A stretch of DNA of 64,000 bases from a virus. Lineage: Duplodnaviria; Caudoviricetes. The notes beneath the pieces are model-generated. The model made no database searches, was not told the origin of the DNA, and worked only from the letters and a program-made list of their open reading frames with translations. Location of the stretch: positions 32,001 to 96,000 of the IMG/VR virus record IMGVR_UViG_2904150443_000004. The stretch is one strand, 5' to 3'. The position numbers and the translations under genes were made by a program. Below are positions 44,395-54,399 of this stretch, piece by piece. How positions within the stretch are numbered: the first letter of the stretch is position 1; every line of letters begins with the position of its first letter.

Positions 44395-44895
44395 ATGGAT
44401 TATACTATGTTTCGAAAAATAATTGAAACCATTAAAAGAATGTCTGCAAATGAACTGATAAGTGTGTCTTCTGAAGTTGATACTGAATTATCTAAATTAG
44501 ATGGTGTAGTTAAAATTCCTGTGGGAGTAAATAAATTTACTGTCATTGAGGTAGACACCATAAACTACATAGTTTGCCCTAAAAATAAGGTGGCTATCAT
44601 TCATTTGAATGATGGAAAATCTATTGAATGCAAACTTTTATCGAATGAGCTTTGTGAATATTTAGAGTTTAATCATAATAACTTTAGAATGTTAGACAAC
44701 GGATTGTTGGTTAATATAGATAATATTATTGAATATGATTCATATATGCTGAAAATTTATTTTACAGAAGAGAAGTTCGCTGTTATAAACAAAAAAGCAA
44801 TGAAAAATATTGTTTCTAAATTAAATATTGAGGATATAACAAAATCTGCTGATCCCCAATTGGATTACTTAGTTAAGTTTGTAAAGAATTCTTAA
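44395..44895 (+). CDS. LytTR-domain regulator without receiver domain (AloR-like)
   Basis: IEVDTINYI...FRMLDNGLLVNIDNIIEYD. Confidence 0.75.
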   Translation: MDYTMFRKIIETIKRMSANELISVSSEVDTELSKLDGVVKIPVGVNKFTVIEVDTINYIVCPKNKVAIIHLNDGKSIECKLLSNELCEYLEFNHNNFRMLDNGLLVNIDNIIEYDSYMLKIYFTEEKFAVINKKAMKNIVSKLNIEDITKSADPQLDYLVKFVKNS

Positions 44896-45005
44896 TACCA
44901 TGCCTGAAGCATTCTGTCAAGGATTTTGTTTTTTTGAAAAAAGTTGTTTAAAGATATTTATTAGGTTGATATAATTTTAATATCAATATTTAGTAAAAGG
45001 AGGAA

Positions 45006-45254
45006 TTGCCGATGACATCAATACAGGATGTGCTTTGGAGCAATTGGGAGACTAGTGTCCATCATTTTTTCTTGTGGATTAGAAATGTATGCGAGATAGA
45101 TGAGAATAGTGTAACTTATCAACAGTTACGTGAAATAATACATAGTGTTAATGACATCTCAGATTTTACAAACTTCTTTGATGGTGACATTGACAATATT
45201 TCTGATGCTGTTAGTGGACTTATTCGGTACAAAGAACTTTTTCGTATCGCGTAA
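45006..45254 (+). CDS. Hypothetical protein
   Basis: AAGGAGG RBS; terminator-like hairpin downstream. Confidence 0.6.
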   Translation: MPMTSIQDVLWSNWETSVHHFFLWIRNVCEIDENSVTYQQLREIIHSVNDISDFTNFFDGDIDNISDAVSGLIRYKELFRIA

Positions 45255-45411
45255 TCAAAATGGAGGAGGTTTGTCTAATGGTGAACTTTCTCCATTAAAA
45301 AAATAAAATATAAAAAACCATTGACATTAGATAGTGTGATTTGATAAATTAATCTCAGAAGTTAATACATAAGCAGTAATGAAAGATAGATTTCATAGTA
45401 AGTTAATCAAT

Positions 45412-45486
45412 GGACTCATAGCTCAGTGGTAGAGCGTTCGGCTCATAACCGATTGGTCGTAAGTTCAAGTCTTACTGAGTCCACCA
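45412..45486 (+). tRNA. tRNA with CAT anticodon, Ile2-type (lysidine, reads AUA)
   Basis: GGACTCA/TGAGTCC acceptor, CTCATAA loop, encoded CCA. G1:C72 pair and overall sequence resemble Bacillus tRNA-Ile2 rather than fMet. Confidence 0.85.
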
Positions 45487-45489
45487 TGT

Positions 45490-45561
45490 GTCTCTATGGC
45501 CAAGTGGAAAAGGCGCAGATCTCCTAAGTCTGTATCGATGGTTCGAATCCATCTAGGGGCG
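45490..45561 (+). tRNA. tRNA-Arg(CCT)
   Basis: GTCTCTA/TAGGGGC acceptor, CAGAT-CTCCTAA-GTCTG anticodon arm, GTTCGAATC T-loop; no encoded CCA. Confidence 0.8.
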
Positions 45562-45654
45562 TTTGAAATCAACACTCATTAAGAGTGATTAAATAGATTG
45601 CTTTTTGTTTGTTGATTTAAAAATAAAATTATAAGGGAGATTGATGAAATTAGT

Positions 45655-46794
45655 ATGGCAAAGACAAAACAAAAAGAAATCGTAAAAGTAGGTAAGAACG
45701 GAAGCAAGGAGTTTAAGGCACGTTTCCACCATGTAGGTAAGGTAAGTCCAGTACGGAAGAAAGAGCAAAATGGTGATAACTGGTTTGATGTTCCTTACTT
45801 TGAAGTGAAACCGACAAAATCAGGTAAACCGCGTCGAGTAACACAACTTCAGCTTGAGACTGCTATGAGTAATAATTTGAAATTTGAAGTCGCAGGTATG
45901 GAACAAGATTTTGCATATCCATATAGCATGAAAGAACGAAATTCATTTAAAATCACATGGGAAGATCGACTTGATAAAACAAAATATCCTAATGAATCCT
46001 ATCATATTATTAATGGAACTGATTGGGATAGAGCTGGTGAAGTTGGTGAACTTCTTCAAAATGCCGAGGGTGATATTTGGGCAGAGGTTCGAGGGATTTA
46101 TGAATTTAGTACTCTCGAAAATGATAACGGTGAAGAACGAACTTTTGTAAAACGAAACATTGAGCAATTTAATATAATTGAAAATGGAGCCGAGATCAAT
46201 CTTGGGCGTAACAATACTATTACTTATGTAACAGATTTCGAATCTCCTGATTTTATTGAAGTTAATACATATACGATGCAAATCGGAATTAAGAGCACAT
46301 ATCAAGAAGATGAAGGCAAAGACACAAAAGTTAATGCAGTATTTTTGCAAAGTAGTAAGGTGCGATCAGAACCATATGATGTTGAACTTATAGTATCATA
46401 CAAAGAGCCAAAAGAAGGGACAATTGCTCTAGCAGATGCATTTGCATCATTGAATCATTTGGACTTTATTGAGGCAATTGGGCAAGATCATAACCGTGCC
46501 ACTTTCACTTATGTAGATATTGAAGAAACCCTATCAGATGAAGATCCTTTTAATGAGGTTGCATCTGATGAGAAAGTAGTAAGACAAGAGCGAGTTGTTT
46601 CTGGAGATAAAAAAGGATTTGAAATTACAGGTTATACAGCAGGAACAATTGCTAGAGGATTTTTGACTGAAGAGGAAATTGCAAAGTCTACTAATCCGTT
46701 TAATACACAAAATTCGAGCAATAAAGATCCATTTGATCCTTTCTTTGATGAGGGGAAGCCAATTGATATTTCTTCAGATGATTTGCCGTTTTAA
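45655..46794 (+). CDS. Putative phage ssDNA-binding protein (YorF-like)
   Basis: Acidic C-terminal tail DISSDDLPF; beta-rich; upstream of an AAA ATPase. Confidence 0.6.
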   Translation: MAKTKQKEIVKVGKNGSKEFKARFHHVGKVSPVRKKEQNGDNWFDVPYFEVKPTKSGKPRRVTQLQLETAMSNNLKFEVAGMEQDFAYPYSMKERNSFKITWEDRLDKTKYPNESYHIINGTDWDRAGEVGELLQNAEGDIWAEVRGIYEFSTLENDNGEERTFVKRNIEQFNIIENGAEINLGRNNTITYVTDFESPDFIEVNTYTMQIGIKSTYQEDEGKDTKVNAVFLQSSKVRSEPYDVELIVSYKEPKEGTIALADAFASLNHLDFIEAIGQDHNRATFTYVDIEETLSDEDPFNEVASDEKVVRQERVVSGDKKGFEITGYTAGTIARGFLTEEEIAKSTNPFNTQNSSNKDPFDPFFDEGKPIDISSDDLPF

Positions 46795-46846
46795 TCACTT
46801 ATAAAATAAACAATTAAAATAATTATAAAAGGATGATACACAAATA

Positions 46847-47998
46847 ATGAGTTGGAGACAACAGGCAGTAAAAAAGAATACTCCCAAGGTTGATTTGCAA
46901 GCGTACAACGTTCTTGTGGCTGGTTCATTTAAAAGTGGCAAGACTCGTCTTTGGAAAGAAGTAATGGAGCTGCACTACCCTGATAATCCAGATGCAGGGT
47001 TGCTCCTTGCTTTTGAGGATGGCTATACAACGTGGGAGCTAGATTCTTATATAGATATGCACAATAAGGATTGGAACTATTTTAAGAAAGTTGTAGTTAA
47101 GAACCTTGTTGAAGAGGCTAAAGATGGAGCCATCACTAAAGTACTTGGTATTGATACAGTTGATCGTCTAATTGATATGGCTTCTGACTGGATGGTAGAA
47201 ACATGGAACAAGAAATATAGTAAAACATATACATCAATTCAGGAATTTAATGAAAATATTAAAGACGAGAACATTTATTTAGAGCTCAAGAAGGAAATTT
47301 GGAAACAGATTGACACACTAAAACGAGCTGGTTATGGATTCTTCTGGCTTGCTTGGACGAAAGAAAAAGAGACAACTACTATTGATGGTCTAAAGTTCCA
47401 ATCCATTGAATTGATGATGAGCAAGACAGGAAAAGATATTTTTGAATCTCAAGCACACTTGATTACTTGTTTGTTTAATGAAGTTATTGTTACAGACAAG
47501 GAAGGAAATGAACTTGAAGAAAACCAAAAAACTAAAAAAGGTAAGGAAGTCGCTTCTAAATTCCATAAAACACAAACTTATATGTACTTCCGTCCTTCTA
47601 GTTATGTAAACATTGCAGGTGGTCGATTTACTGACTTACCAGATAGAGAAGAATATAGTGCTGAAAACTTCATGAAGGTGTTTGAACAGGCAGTTGAAGG
47701 CCAGTTGAAACGGACTAAAAAGAGTGTTGCTGAATTACGTGTTGAACAAGAAAAAGAACGTGAGGAGCAAGCAGGAAATATCGATACAGAAGAGGTTGTA
47801 CCTCGTCCTGTCAATGAGATTCATGAAGATATTCGCAAGGCAATTACTCCACATATGGGAGATGAGAAGAAGAAAGCTGAAATTGCCGTAAATTTTAAGC
47901 GGATTTTTGGTACAGATCAAGCGAACTACCTTTTGATCACTGACTCAAAATTACTTGAAGATGCATTAAAATGGGTACAAGAAACTTTTTCAAATTAG
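46847..47998 (+). CDS. AAA_24/Sak4-like ATPase (YorG-like)
   Basis: GSFKSGKT Walker A, LLAFEDG and GIDTVD. Confidence 0.8.
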   Translation: MSWRQQAVKKNTPKVDLQAYNVLVAGSFKSGKTRLWKEVMELHYPDNPDAGLLLAFEDGYTTWELDSYIDMHNKDWNYFKKVVVKNLVEEAKDGAITKVLGIDTVDRLIDMASDWMVETWNKKYSKTYTSIQEFNENIKDENIYLELKKEIWKQIDTLKRAGYGFFWLAWTKEKETTTIDGLKFQSIELMMSKTGKDIFESQAHLITCLFNEVIVTDKEGNELEENQKTKKGKEVASKFHKTQTYMYFRPSSYVNIAGGRFTDLPDREEYSAENFMKVFEQAVEGQLKRTKKSVAELRVEQEKEREEQAGNIDTEEVVPRPVNEIHEDIRKAITPHMGDEKKKAEIAVNFKRIFGTDQANYLLITDSKLLEDALKWVQETFSN

Positions 47999-48470
47999 GG
48001 CTATGAAAGAGATATTTCGTAGCGGAGGTGAGAAGTGTGCTATCTTATCCAATAACAGGCGGACATACATTCAAAATTAATGAAGACAAGTCTAATCATA
48101 ATCATGGTTTGATGTTTACTCATAAGAACGAAATGATTTTAAGTAAGGAACAAGCGGAAAAGTTGTTAACAATTAATTTAGGGGGCTGTAATTTGGAATC
48201 ACTGTATCATGTAATCGTAATAACGCAAAATAGTGAAATTTTGATTGATAAAAAAGTAGTTTCAAAATCAGAGGAAACGGCTAAGTTTAAGGTTGGGGCT
48301 TATGCTTGTCTTGAAGATAATAAACTAACGCCTGATGATGTAACAATTATCGTTAAAAATCTAGGCAGTGTCAAAGTAGTAGATAAATAATACATAAGAG
48401 TCACAGTCCCAGAGATTACATTACAGTTGCAAGTCTCTGGGACTATTAATTAGTATCTTAGGAGGGAATC

Positions 48471-49115
48471 ATGGGAAGTGGAATCCTATCTTTATTAATC
48501 GCAATTACATCTATTCTTAGTGTTTGTGATTATGGAGAAGTGAATAAGAATAATAGCTCAATTCAAGTAAATGTTGAGGAACTGGAGACTGTGAAAGGTA
48601 ATCAAGATGTTCAAATAGCTTCAGTAAATGTTAAGAGTAGTAGACTAAAACTAAATAATGTTCCGTTATCAAATGAGCTTCTGGATTTCATCTATTATCA
48701 TACAACTAAGAGTGAGATTGATTACGTTACATTCGTAGCTCTAATTAAAACTGAGAGCAGCTTTAATTCAAACCACATTAATTACAATACAAATAACACA
48801 AATGATAAAGGAATTGCACAAGTTAATTCTGAAAATGTTGCAGGTTTAACTAAGACCGTAAAGAAAAAGTATGGGATTGAAAAGGTAGATATTTTTAACC
48901 CATACCACAATACTCTTCTTGCTATTGAAGAATTACTAGAAAGCAGAGATTATTTCAAAGATACATACAGTGATAAAGATCTTGATATTGCAATGTTTGG
49001 TGCATATAATTTTGGAAATTTTGGAATGAAAGAGTTTATAAGAAAAAACGGTCATATGCAAACACAATACATAGAGAGATTGAGTAAAAACAAAAAGTCA
49101 TTACTTGGGGAGTGA
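48471..49115 (+). CDS. SLT-family lytic transglycosylase
   Basis: IKTESSFN, GIAQVN and AYNFG; N-terminal hydrophobic segment. Confidence 0.85.
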   Translation: MGSGILSLLIAITSILSVCDYGEVNKNNSSIQVNVEELETVKGNQDVQIASVNVKSSRLKLNNVPLSNELLDFIYYHTTKSEIDYVTFVALIKTESSFNSNHINYNTNNTNDKGIAQVNSENVAGLTKTVKKKYGIEKVDIFNPYHNTLLAIEELLESRDYFKDTYSDKDLDIAMFGAYNFGNFGMKEFIRKNGHMQTQYIERLSKNKKSLLGE

Positions 49116-49121
49116 GTTACA

Positions 49122-49751
49122 ATACATATCTTCACACTAGAAGGCTTAGATAAGAGTGGTAAATGGAGTCAAGCTGAGAAGCTATATACAAGACTGATGG
49201 CTGAAGGTTATAAAGTAGTAAAGTCAGAACATCATCGATATGATACTCCAACAGGACAATTGATTATGGATTGGTTGACACGTAAATACGATGTCGATCA
49301 ACGAACTATCGAGCTCATCATGACCGCTGATAAACAGGCTCAACAGAGCTGGTATCAACAGTTAGAGCAAGATGGTGTAGAGGTATTAATTTTAGATCGC
49401 TATATGCTTTCTCAGTTGGCCTACTCTAAGGCTGCTGGTGTAGATCTAGAGTGGTCATTACAGCTTCAAAAGTATATGAGAAAGTCCGACATTGATTTTG
49501 TTATTGATATTCCACCAGATGAGTCAATGAGGCGCAAAGGAAAACATAATAATGGCGTAAACGATAAATACGAATCAGATTATAAACTCCTAAGTAATGT
49601 TCAAAATAACTACATTCATCTACCTATTGAGCACACATCCAAGGAAAAATACATAGTAAACGGAATGCAAACAATCGAAGAAATACATGATGAAATTTAC
49701 TCTATTGTGAAAATTCACTTGGAGGACTATGAGAAAGAAAATCGCAATTGA
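49122..49751 (+). CDS. tmk: Thymidylate kinase; probable ATA start at 49122
   Basis: In-frame P-loop EGLDKSGK lies upstream of the listed ATG; LDRY motif. Confidence 0.85.
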   Translation: MHIFTLEGLDKSGKWSQAEKLYTRLMAEGYKVVKSEHHRYDTPTGQLIMDWLTRKYDVDQRTIELIMTADKQAQQSWYQQLEQDGVEVLILDRYMLSQLAYSKAAGVDLEWSLQLQKYMRKSDIDFVIDIPPDESMRRKGKHNNGVNDKYESDYKLLSNVQNNYIHLPIEHTSKEKYIVNGMQTIEEIHDEIYSIVKIHLEDYEKENRN

Positions 49752-50259
49752 TCAAGATCAGGTACTAGCCGATTTCCTACAGGAGTTAGCATATCGATAT
49801 AACAGTGATTATAATGATAATCTTACTCCTGAATCATTCACAAATTGGAACCTGATGAAGGCTGTTAAGCCCGAATGCGGAATAAAAATATTTCAGTATC
49901 TGGAGGATGGCAAGTTCTTTGCCAACCTTCCAGTAATTAAGGATAGTCAGGAAGTTGTATATGAGTTGAGTAGAATGTTCGAGATATTTATTGTAACTTC
50001 TCCTTGGAACAAATACAGTGTAATCCATAAGTTTGAATGGCTGGAAAAGAACTTTCCATTCTTAGACACAAGGAATTTTGTATTTACGCAGAATAAGCAA
50101 ATTATTAATCCTGATTATTTTATTGATGATAGAGCATTTAATTTCGAAGGAATTAGTGGACATAAATTATTATTTGATGCAGCACACAACCAGAAAGAAA
50201 CAGGATATTACAGAGTGCATGACTGGAAGGAGATTGGCGATATCTTTAAAGTAATCTAG
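49729..50259 (+). CDS. 5'(3')-deoxyribonucleotidase (NT5C, YorS-like)
   Basis: IAIDQDQVLADF, KFEWL, FIDD and HN motifs. Confidence 0.9.
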   Translation: MRKKIAIDQDQVLADFLQELAYRYNSDYNDNLTPESFTNWNLMKAVKPECGIKIFQYLEDGKFFANLPVIKDSQEVVYELSRMFEIFIVTSPWNKYSVIHKFEWLEKNFPFLDTRNFVFTQNKQIINPDYFIDDRAFNFEGISGHKLLFDAAHNQKETGYYRVHDWKEIGDIFKVI

Positions 50260-50332
50260 GATTTATATCATGATAAAGAAGTCAGACAGGTAAGCGATAA
50301 AAGGAATGTTTCATTAATAAAGAGGTGTTCAT

Positions 50333-51319
50333 TTGAAATTTCCTGATGAGTGTATTTGTGCCATTAAATATAATTTGAATACAATTAAAACAGTAGAACG
50401 CAGAACAGAATACTTTTCATTCATTGAAAGACAGGAATTCATTAAAGAGTATTATCGACTTAAAAAGGCATGGTACGCAAGTGATGTTAAAGCATATTAT
50501 GCAGAGTTGAAAGAGATGATCGATGTCAATCAAATGTTGACTTCGATTTAGAAAATTATAAAAAGGAGAATGTTCATGCCTAGATCAAGAACGTATAAGC
50601 TGTTTCATTCGTGTGAGGAAGAAGAGAGTAAAATCTATTTTAAAACTACTATGAAAGATGAATACTTGATAAAGCTTATTAAAATCTGGTTGCTGCGTCT
50701 TTCAAATATTGTCCAAGAATATGACTTCGGAACAGATGAGATGATGAAAATCCTTGAGACATTCAATTGTGTGCAGGTTAATGAAAAAGATGTTAGAACT
50801 TACTATGAGGCCAATTTGTATGATATCTGGGAGTATGCGAACACATGGTATTCTGATGAGGAGGTTTACAGTCCTGAGTTTACTAATCCAGAAGCAGAGA
50901 AAGTATTTAAGCTAGTAGTTAAACGCAATGAAGAATGGTATGGAAAGCTTAGATGTGAAGAAAATAATTCAACACGCAAAAAATTGTGGGAAGAATTATG
51001 GAAAGATATTTGTACTAATGAAGATGGCACATTAAATCTTGAGCAGATTCAACGAGAGCTTGCCGATTTACATTATATGATAGAGCATGTTCCTAAAGTA
51101 TACAGTGCAGTAACAGGGGACACATTATCTAAGCCAACTTATGCCTCAAAAACGGTTATTAGATTCTATGAAAATCACTTAAATGAAGTGGTAAAAGATA
51201 GGTTTGATGAGGTAATTACTGCTCTTGAAGAAAAGTGGAATAACGCAGATTTAGATGGTGAGGATGGAATTGCTGAAGGGCTTACGTATGCTATTGACTT
51301 GATTGAAAATTATAAATGA
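50333..51319 (+). other. Two hypothetical genes (50333-50551, 50570-51319)
   Basis: RBS-preceded ORFs upstream of the PAPS reductase. Confidence 0.65.
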
Positions 51320-51331
51320 TAAGAGGAGCGT

Positions 51332-52276
51332 GTGGAATTATTGAAAAGAGGCTCAAAAGAATATCCTAGACATGTTTGTGGTTTAAGTGGAGGCAAGGAC
51401 TCTACGGCGATGGTTATATACATTAAGGAAAACTATCCAGAAATATTTGATAAACTTGAACTATTCTTCACAGATACGGGAAGCGAACTACCTGAAATTT
51501 ATACATATCTTGATAGGCTAGAGAAGCATCTAGGAAAGCCCATTCTACGGATTAAAGCTGCTCCAAAAACAACTGAAAAATTTAAAGTTGTAAGTGGGAT
51601 AGATGAATCGAATCCTTTCGAGGAACTATTGGAACAATATAACGGTTTTCTTCCAGCACCAAATGCAAGATGGTGTACCAGAACAATGAAAATTGTCCCT
51701 TTAGAACAGTGGATTGGTAAAGACCATTGTGTAAGTTATATTGGGATTAGAGCTGATGAAGAAAGAGAAGGCTATAACAGCTCAAAAAGCAAGAGTAAAA
51801 ACATTAAATCTAGATTCTTGTTTCAAGAGGATGGATTAGTACTTAAAGATATTTATCAAATTCTTGAAAATTCTATTGGACTTCCCGAATATTATAAATG
51901 GAGAACAAGATCAGGATGCTATTTTTGTTTTTATCAACGTCGTGTTGAATGGGCTATCTTATATAATCTACATCCAGAATGGTATGAGGAATCTAAAAAA
52001 TATGAAACTCAACATTCTGACGGGAGATTATATACATGGGTGAAAGATAAACCTCTTGAGTATATTGAACAAAATTCAGTTGAAATAATAATTAGATACA
52101 TAAAAAAACAATATAAAAAAGCAATAAATAAAAATGTGTTCACCTTCAAAGAGGATGAAATGATAGAGCTGATTAAAAGTGGGGAACTGAAGAAGCTGCT
52201 AGATAGTTGGGACATGAAAAAACTGCATGATATTGATGGCGAAAATAAAGATGGTTGTACAATATGTGCTATATAG
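51332..52276 (+). CDS. PAPS reductase-family (DndC-related PP-loop) protein
   Basis: SGGKDS, DTG, RWCT..MK, GIRADE, RSGCYFC and terminal CxxC. Confidence 0.9.
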   Translation: MELLKRGSKEYPRHVCGLSGGKDSTAMVIYIKENYPEIFDKLELFFTDTGSELPEIYTYLDRLEKHLGKPILRIKAAPKTTEKFKVVSGIDESNPFEELLEQYNGFLPAPNARWCTRTMKIVPLEQWIGKDHCVSYIGIRADEEREGYNSSKSKSKNIKSRFLFQEDGLVLKDIYQILENSIGLPEYYKWRTRSGCYFCFYQRRVEWAILYNLHPEWYEESKKYETQHSDGRLYTWVKDKPLEYIEQNSVEIIIRYIKKQYKKAINKNVFTFKEDEMIELIKSGELKKLLDSWDMKKLHDIDGENKDGCTICAI

Positions 52277-52291
52277 GGACGGTGCTTCTGA

Positions 52292-52882
52292 TTGGACTGG
52301 AAACTTTATCGCGCTAATGGAGAATTTCTTCAGGAGGTGAATTGTCAGTACGATTCACTTGATATCGCCGTAATGATGTATGATGCTACTAAAATTGAAG
52401 TTGATTTCATCAATAAGGAAGCTAGAATACTTGTAATTGGAAATATTACAGAAGTAGAAGAGCTAAAGAGTAGGCTTCTTAATGTGGGAGCTTGGAAAAG
52501 AGAAGGTAGAAAAGCTCCTCATAAACCTTTATTATTATTGTTCTCATTAAGCAAACTACTTAAAGAGAATAGAAAAACTCTAAAGTTTGATGAAATAAAA
52601 AATGAATTCAAGAAAATCCTTCTTAAATTCGGCGGAACAAAGCGACCACATCCTGAGTATCCATTTATATATCTTAAAAACGATGGGATTTGGAAGCTTA
52701 ATGCCGACATTAATGGTAAGCATATGAACAGTGAACAATTGAGTATGCTTGTTGGTGGATTTAATGATGATATTTGCTCAATCTTGGAGAATAATCATGA
52801 ACTAATTGAAGATTTGATTGACATGATATTAGAAGAGTTCTTCCCTAAAGAAGTGCATTGTAGTTTATTAGAAGCTATATAA
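52292..52882 (+). CDS. Sulfur-binding-domain (SBD)-like phosphorothioate DNA reader, no nuclease domain
   Basis: WKREGRKAPHKPLLLL and PEYPFIYLKNDGIW match SBD-HNH family motifs; the ORF ends before any HNH. Confidence 0.7.
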   Translation: MDWKLYRANGEFLQEVNCQYDSLDIAVMMYDATKIEVDFINKEARILVIGNITEVEELKSRLLNVGAWKREGRKAPHKPLLLLFSLSKLLKENRKTLKFDEIKNEFKKILLKFGGTKRPHPEYPFIYLKNDGIWKLNADINGKHMNSEQLSMLVGGFNDDICSILENNHELIEDLIDMILEEFFPKEVHCSLLEAI

Positions 52883-52906
52883 GGAATACAATAAAAACAA
52901 TATTTC

Positions 52907-54365
52907 ATGAGCCAATCACGAAAGGTGGGGTTTGGAGAAATGAAAATCCATGGAGATGCTAGTGATAATGAAATAAGTATTGAAATTGGAGATATTATTT
53001 CCATAGGAAGCAGTTACTATCTAATTGCTTGGAACTTAAAAGAGTTCCAAAGTGTAAATGGATATCATCATGACGGAATTCGATTAGTTAATTTATCTAC
53101 TAGTACAGTAACAGAGCAGCGTTACGGCAGTATTAGTGAGCTAAAAAGTATCTTGCTTCGTGAAGATAGAAAAGTTGTGATATATGATGGTGAGAGTGTA
53201 GAAATGATTTTATCTAGAAAATAAAAAGTTAAAACTATACATATAAATGATGAAATATAGATTTTAAAGGGTGATACTATGAATTTCAATAATAAGATGA
53301 ATAAACTCAGGGAAGAAATTGAGTTGAAACAGCGTGAGTTAGATATATTGGAAAAGGATAATTTTAATCCATTAGGAAAGTGGAGAATTAGCACCGAGGG
53401 AGATTGTGAAGGTCGTTCTAAGAAACAGCTTGGGGATTATACAGGTAATTTACTTGATATTGTAAAACAATTGAGTAATCAAGCATTCTATTCTCTAGAC
53501 TGTGAGAGAGTTGAGTATTTACATACAGAACATAAAAAGGAGAGTAAGGAGGTTCATTTTAGGGTTATAGATAAAAGCATAAAACTGTTTGATAAAGATG
53601 AGCAATTACGTAAGTTGTTACCACATGTTTCCGAAGGTCATTCTTTAAGTCATGGTTATTATTTTGGCGCTGTGAAGTTGGAATGGGAAGAAAAGTGAAA
53701 CCTAATCTATTCTAAAAGGAGAAGTGATAATTATCGGTAAAACTATTTGTAAGTTTATTGCTTATACATTAATTGGCGTTATTCTTTATTTCTCGATATT
53801 CATGCCTGAACTATCAATTACTTTAACTGGTGGTTTTGCATGGGCTGCTGTTCTATTATCTTATGGTTTTGGATTTATTCTTGTCTACATTGGTTTGTTT
53901 GGAGGAGAGTTCACTTACAGCTCTAAAGGTATTAAGGGTTGGATTAAGGAAATGAGAAAAAGAAACCAAAAATAAATAATAAAAACATGTAAGGGGATTT
54001 ATGAAATGAATAAACGAGATCTTGATATTGATCTTGTAATATGCAATGCTGCAACTCCTTTGCCATGGTTTGTACACAACACTCAGCTTGGAAGATGCCA
54101 TACGTACACCAGCATTGACGGTGTATTAACGATGGTAGCAGAAGATGCTCATACAGCAGATGCAATATTCATTGCGGCAGCACGCGAAGGTTGGCCTGAA
54201 GCCATTAGCAGAGCAATATCAGCTGAAAGAGAGGTAGATAGGCTCCAAAAGGCATTACATGAGATCAACGATCATATAAGAGGCACATCTAATCCAATAT
54301 CATATATTGTAGAAACACTACATCAGACATTGCCAGAATACATAGAAAAAGCACCTGAATTTTAA
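52907..54365 (+). other. Hypothetical genes (52907, 53279, 53724 membrane, 54006 Ead/Ea22-like)
   Basis: 54006 has AATPLPW...ADAIFIAAAREGWP; boundary motifs between genes. Confidence 0.65.
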
Positions 54366-54399
54366 CATGTAATGAAAGCATCCTTTCATGGGATAGGAG

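Noticed and set aside
43491-44895. Canonical AgrC/AgrA two-component pair, or a broken agrC
   Set aside because: No kinase or receiver sequence in the ORFs or the short gaps; genes are compact and intact, matching the kinase-less Alo layout.
45412-45486. Initiator tRNA-fMet
   Set aside because: It has a paired G1:C72 and lacks the three consecutive G:C pairs in the anticodon stem.
40521-52882. Complete Dnd phosphorothioation system (DndB-like plus DndC-like)
   Set aside because: No DndD, DndE or DndA is visible. The DndB-like gene is about 10 kb away and is explained as the SPbeta YopQ/SroE homologue.
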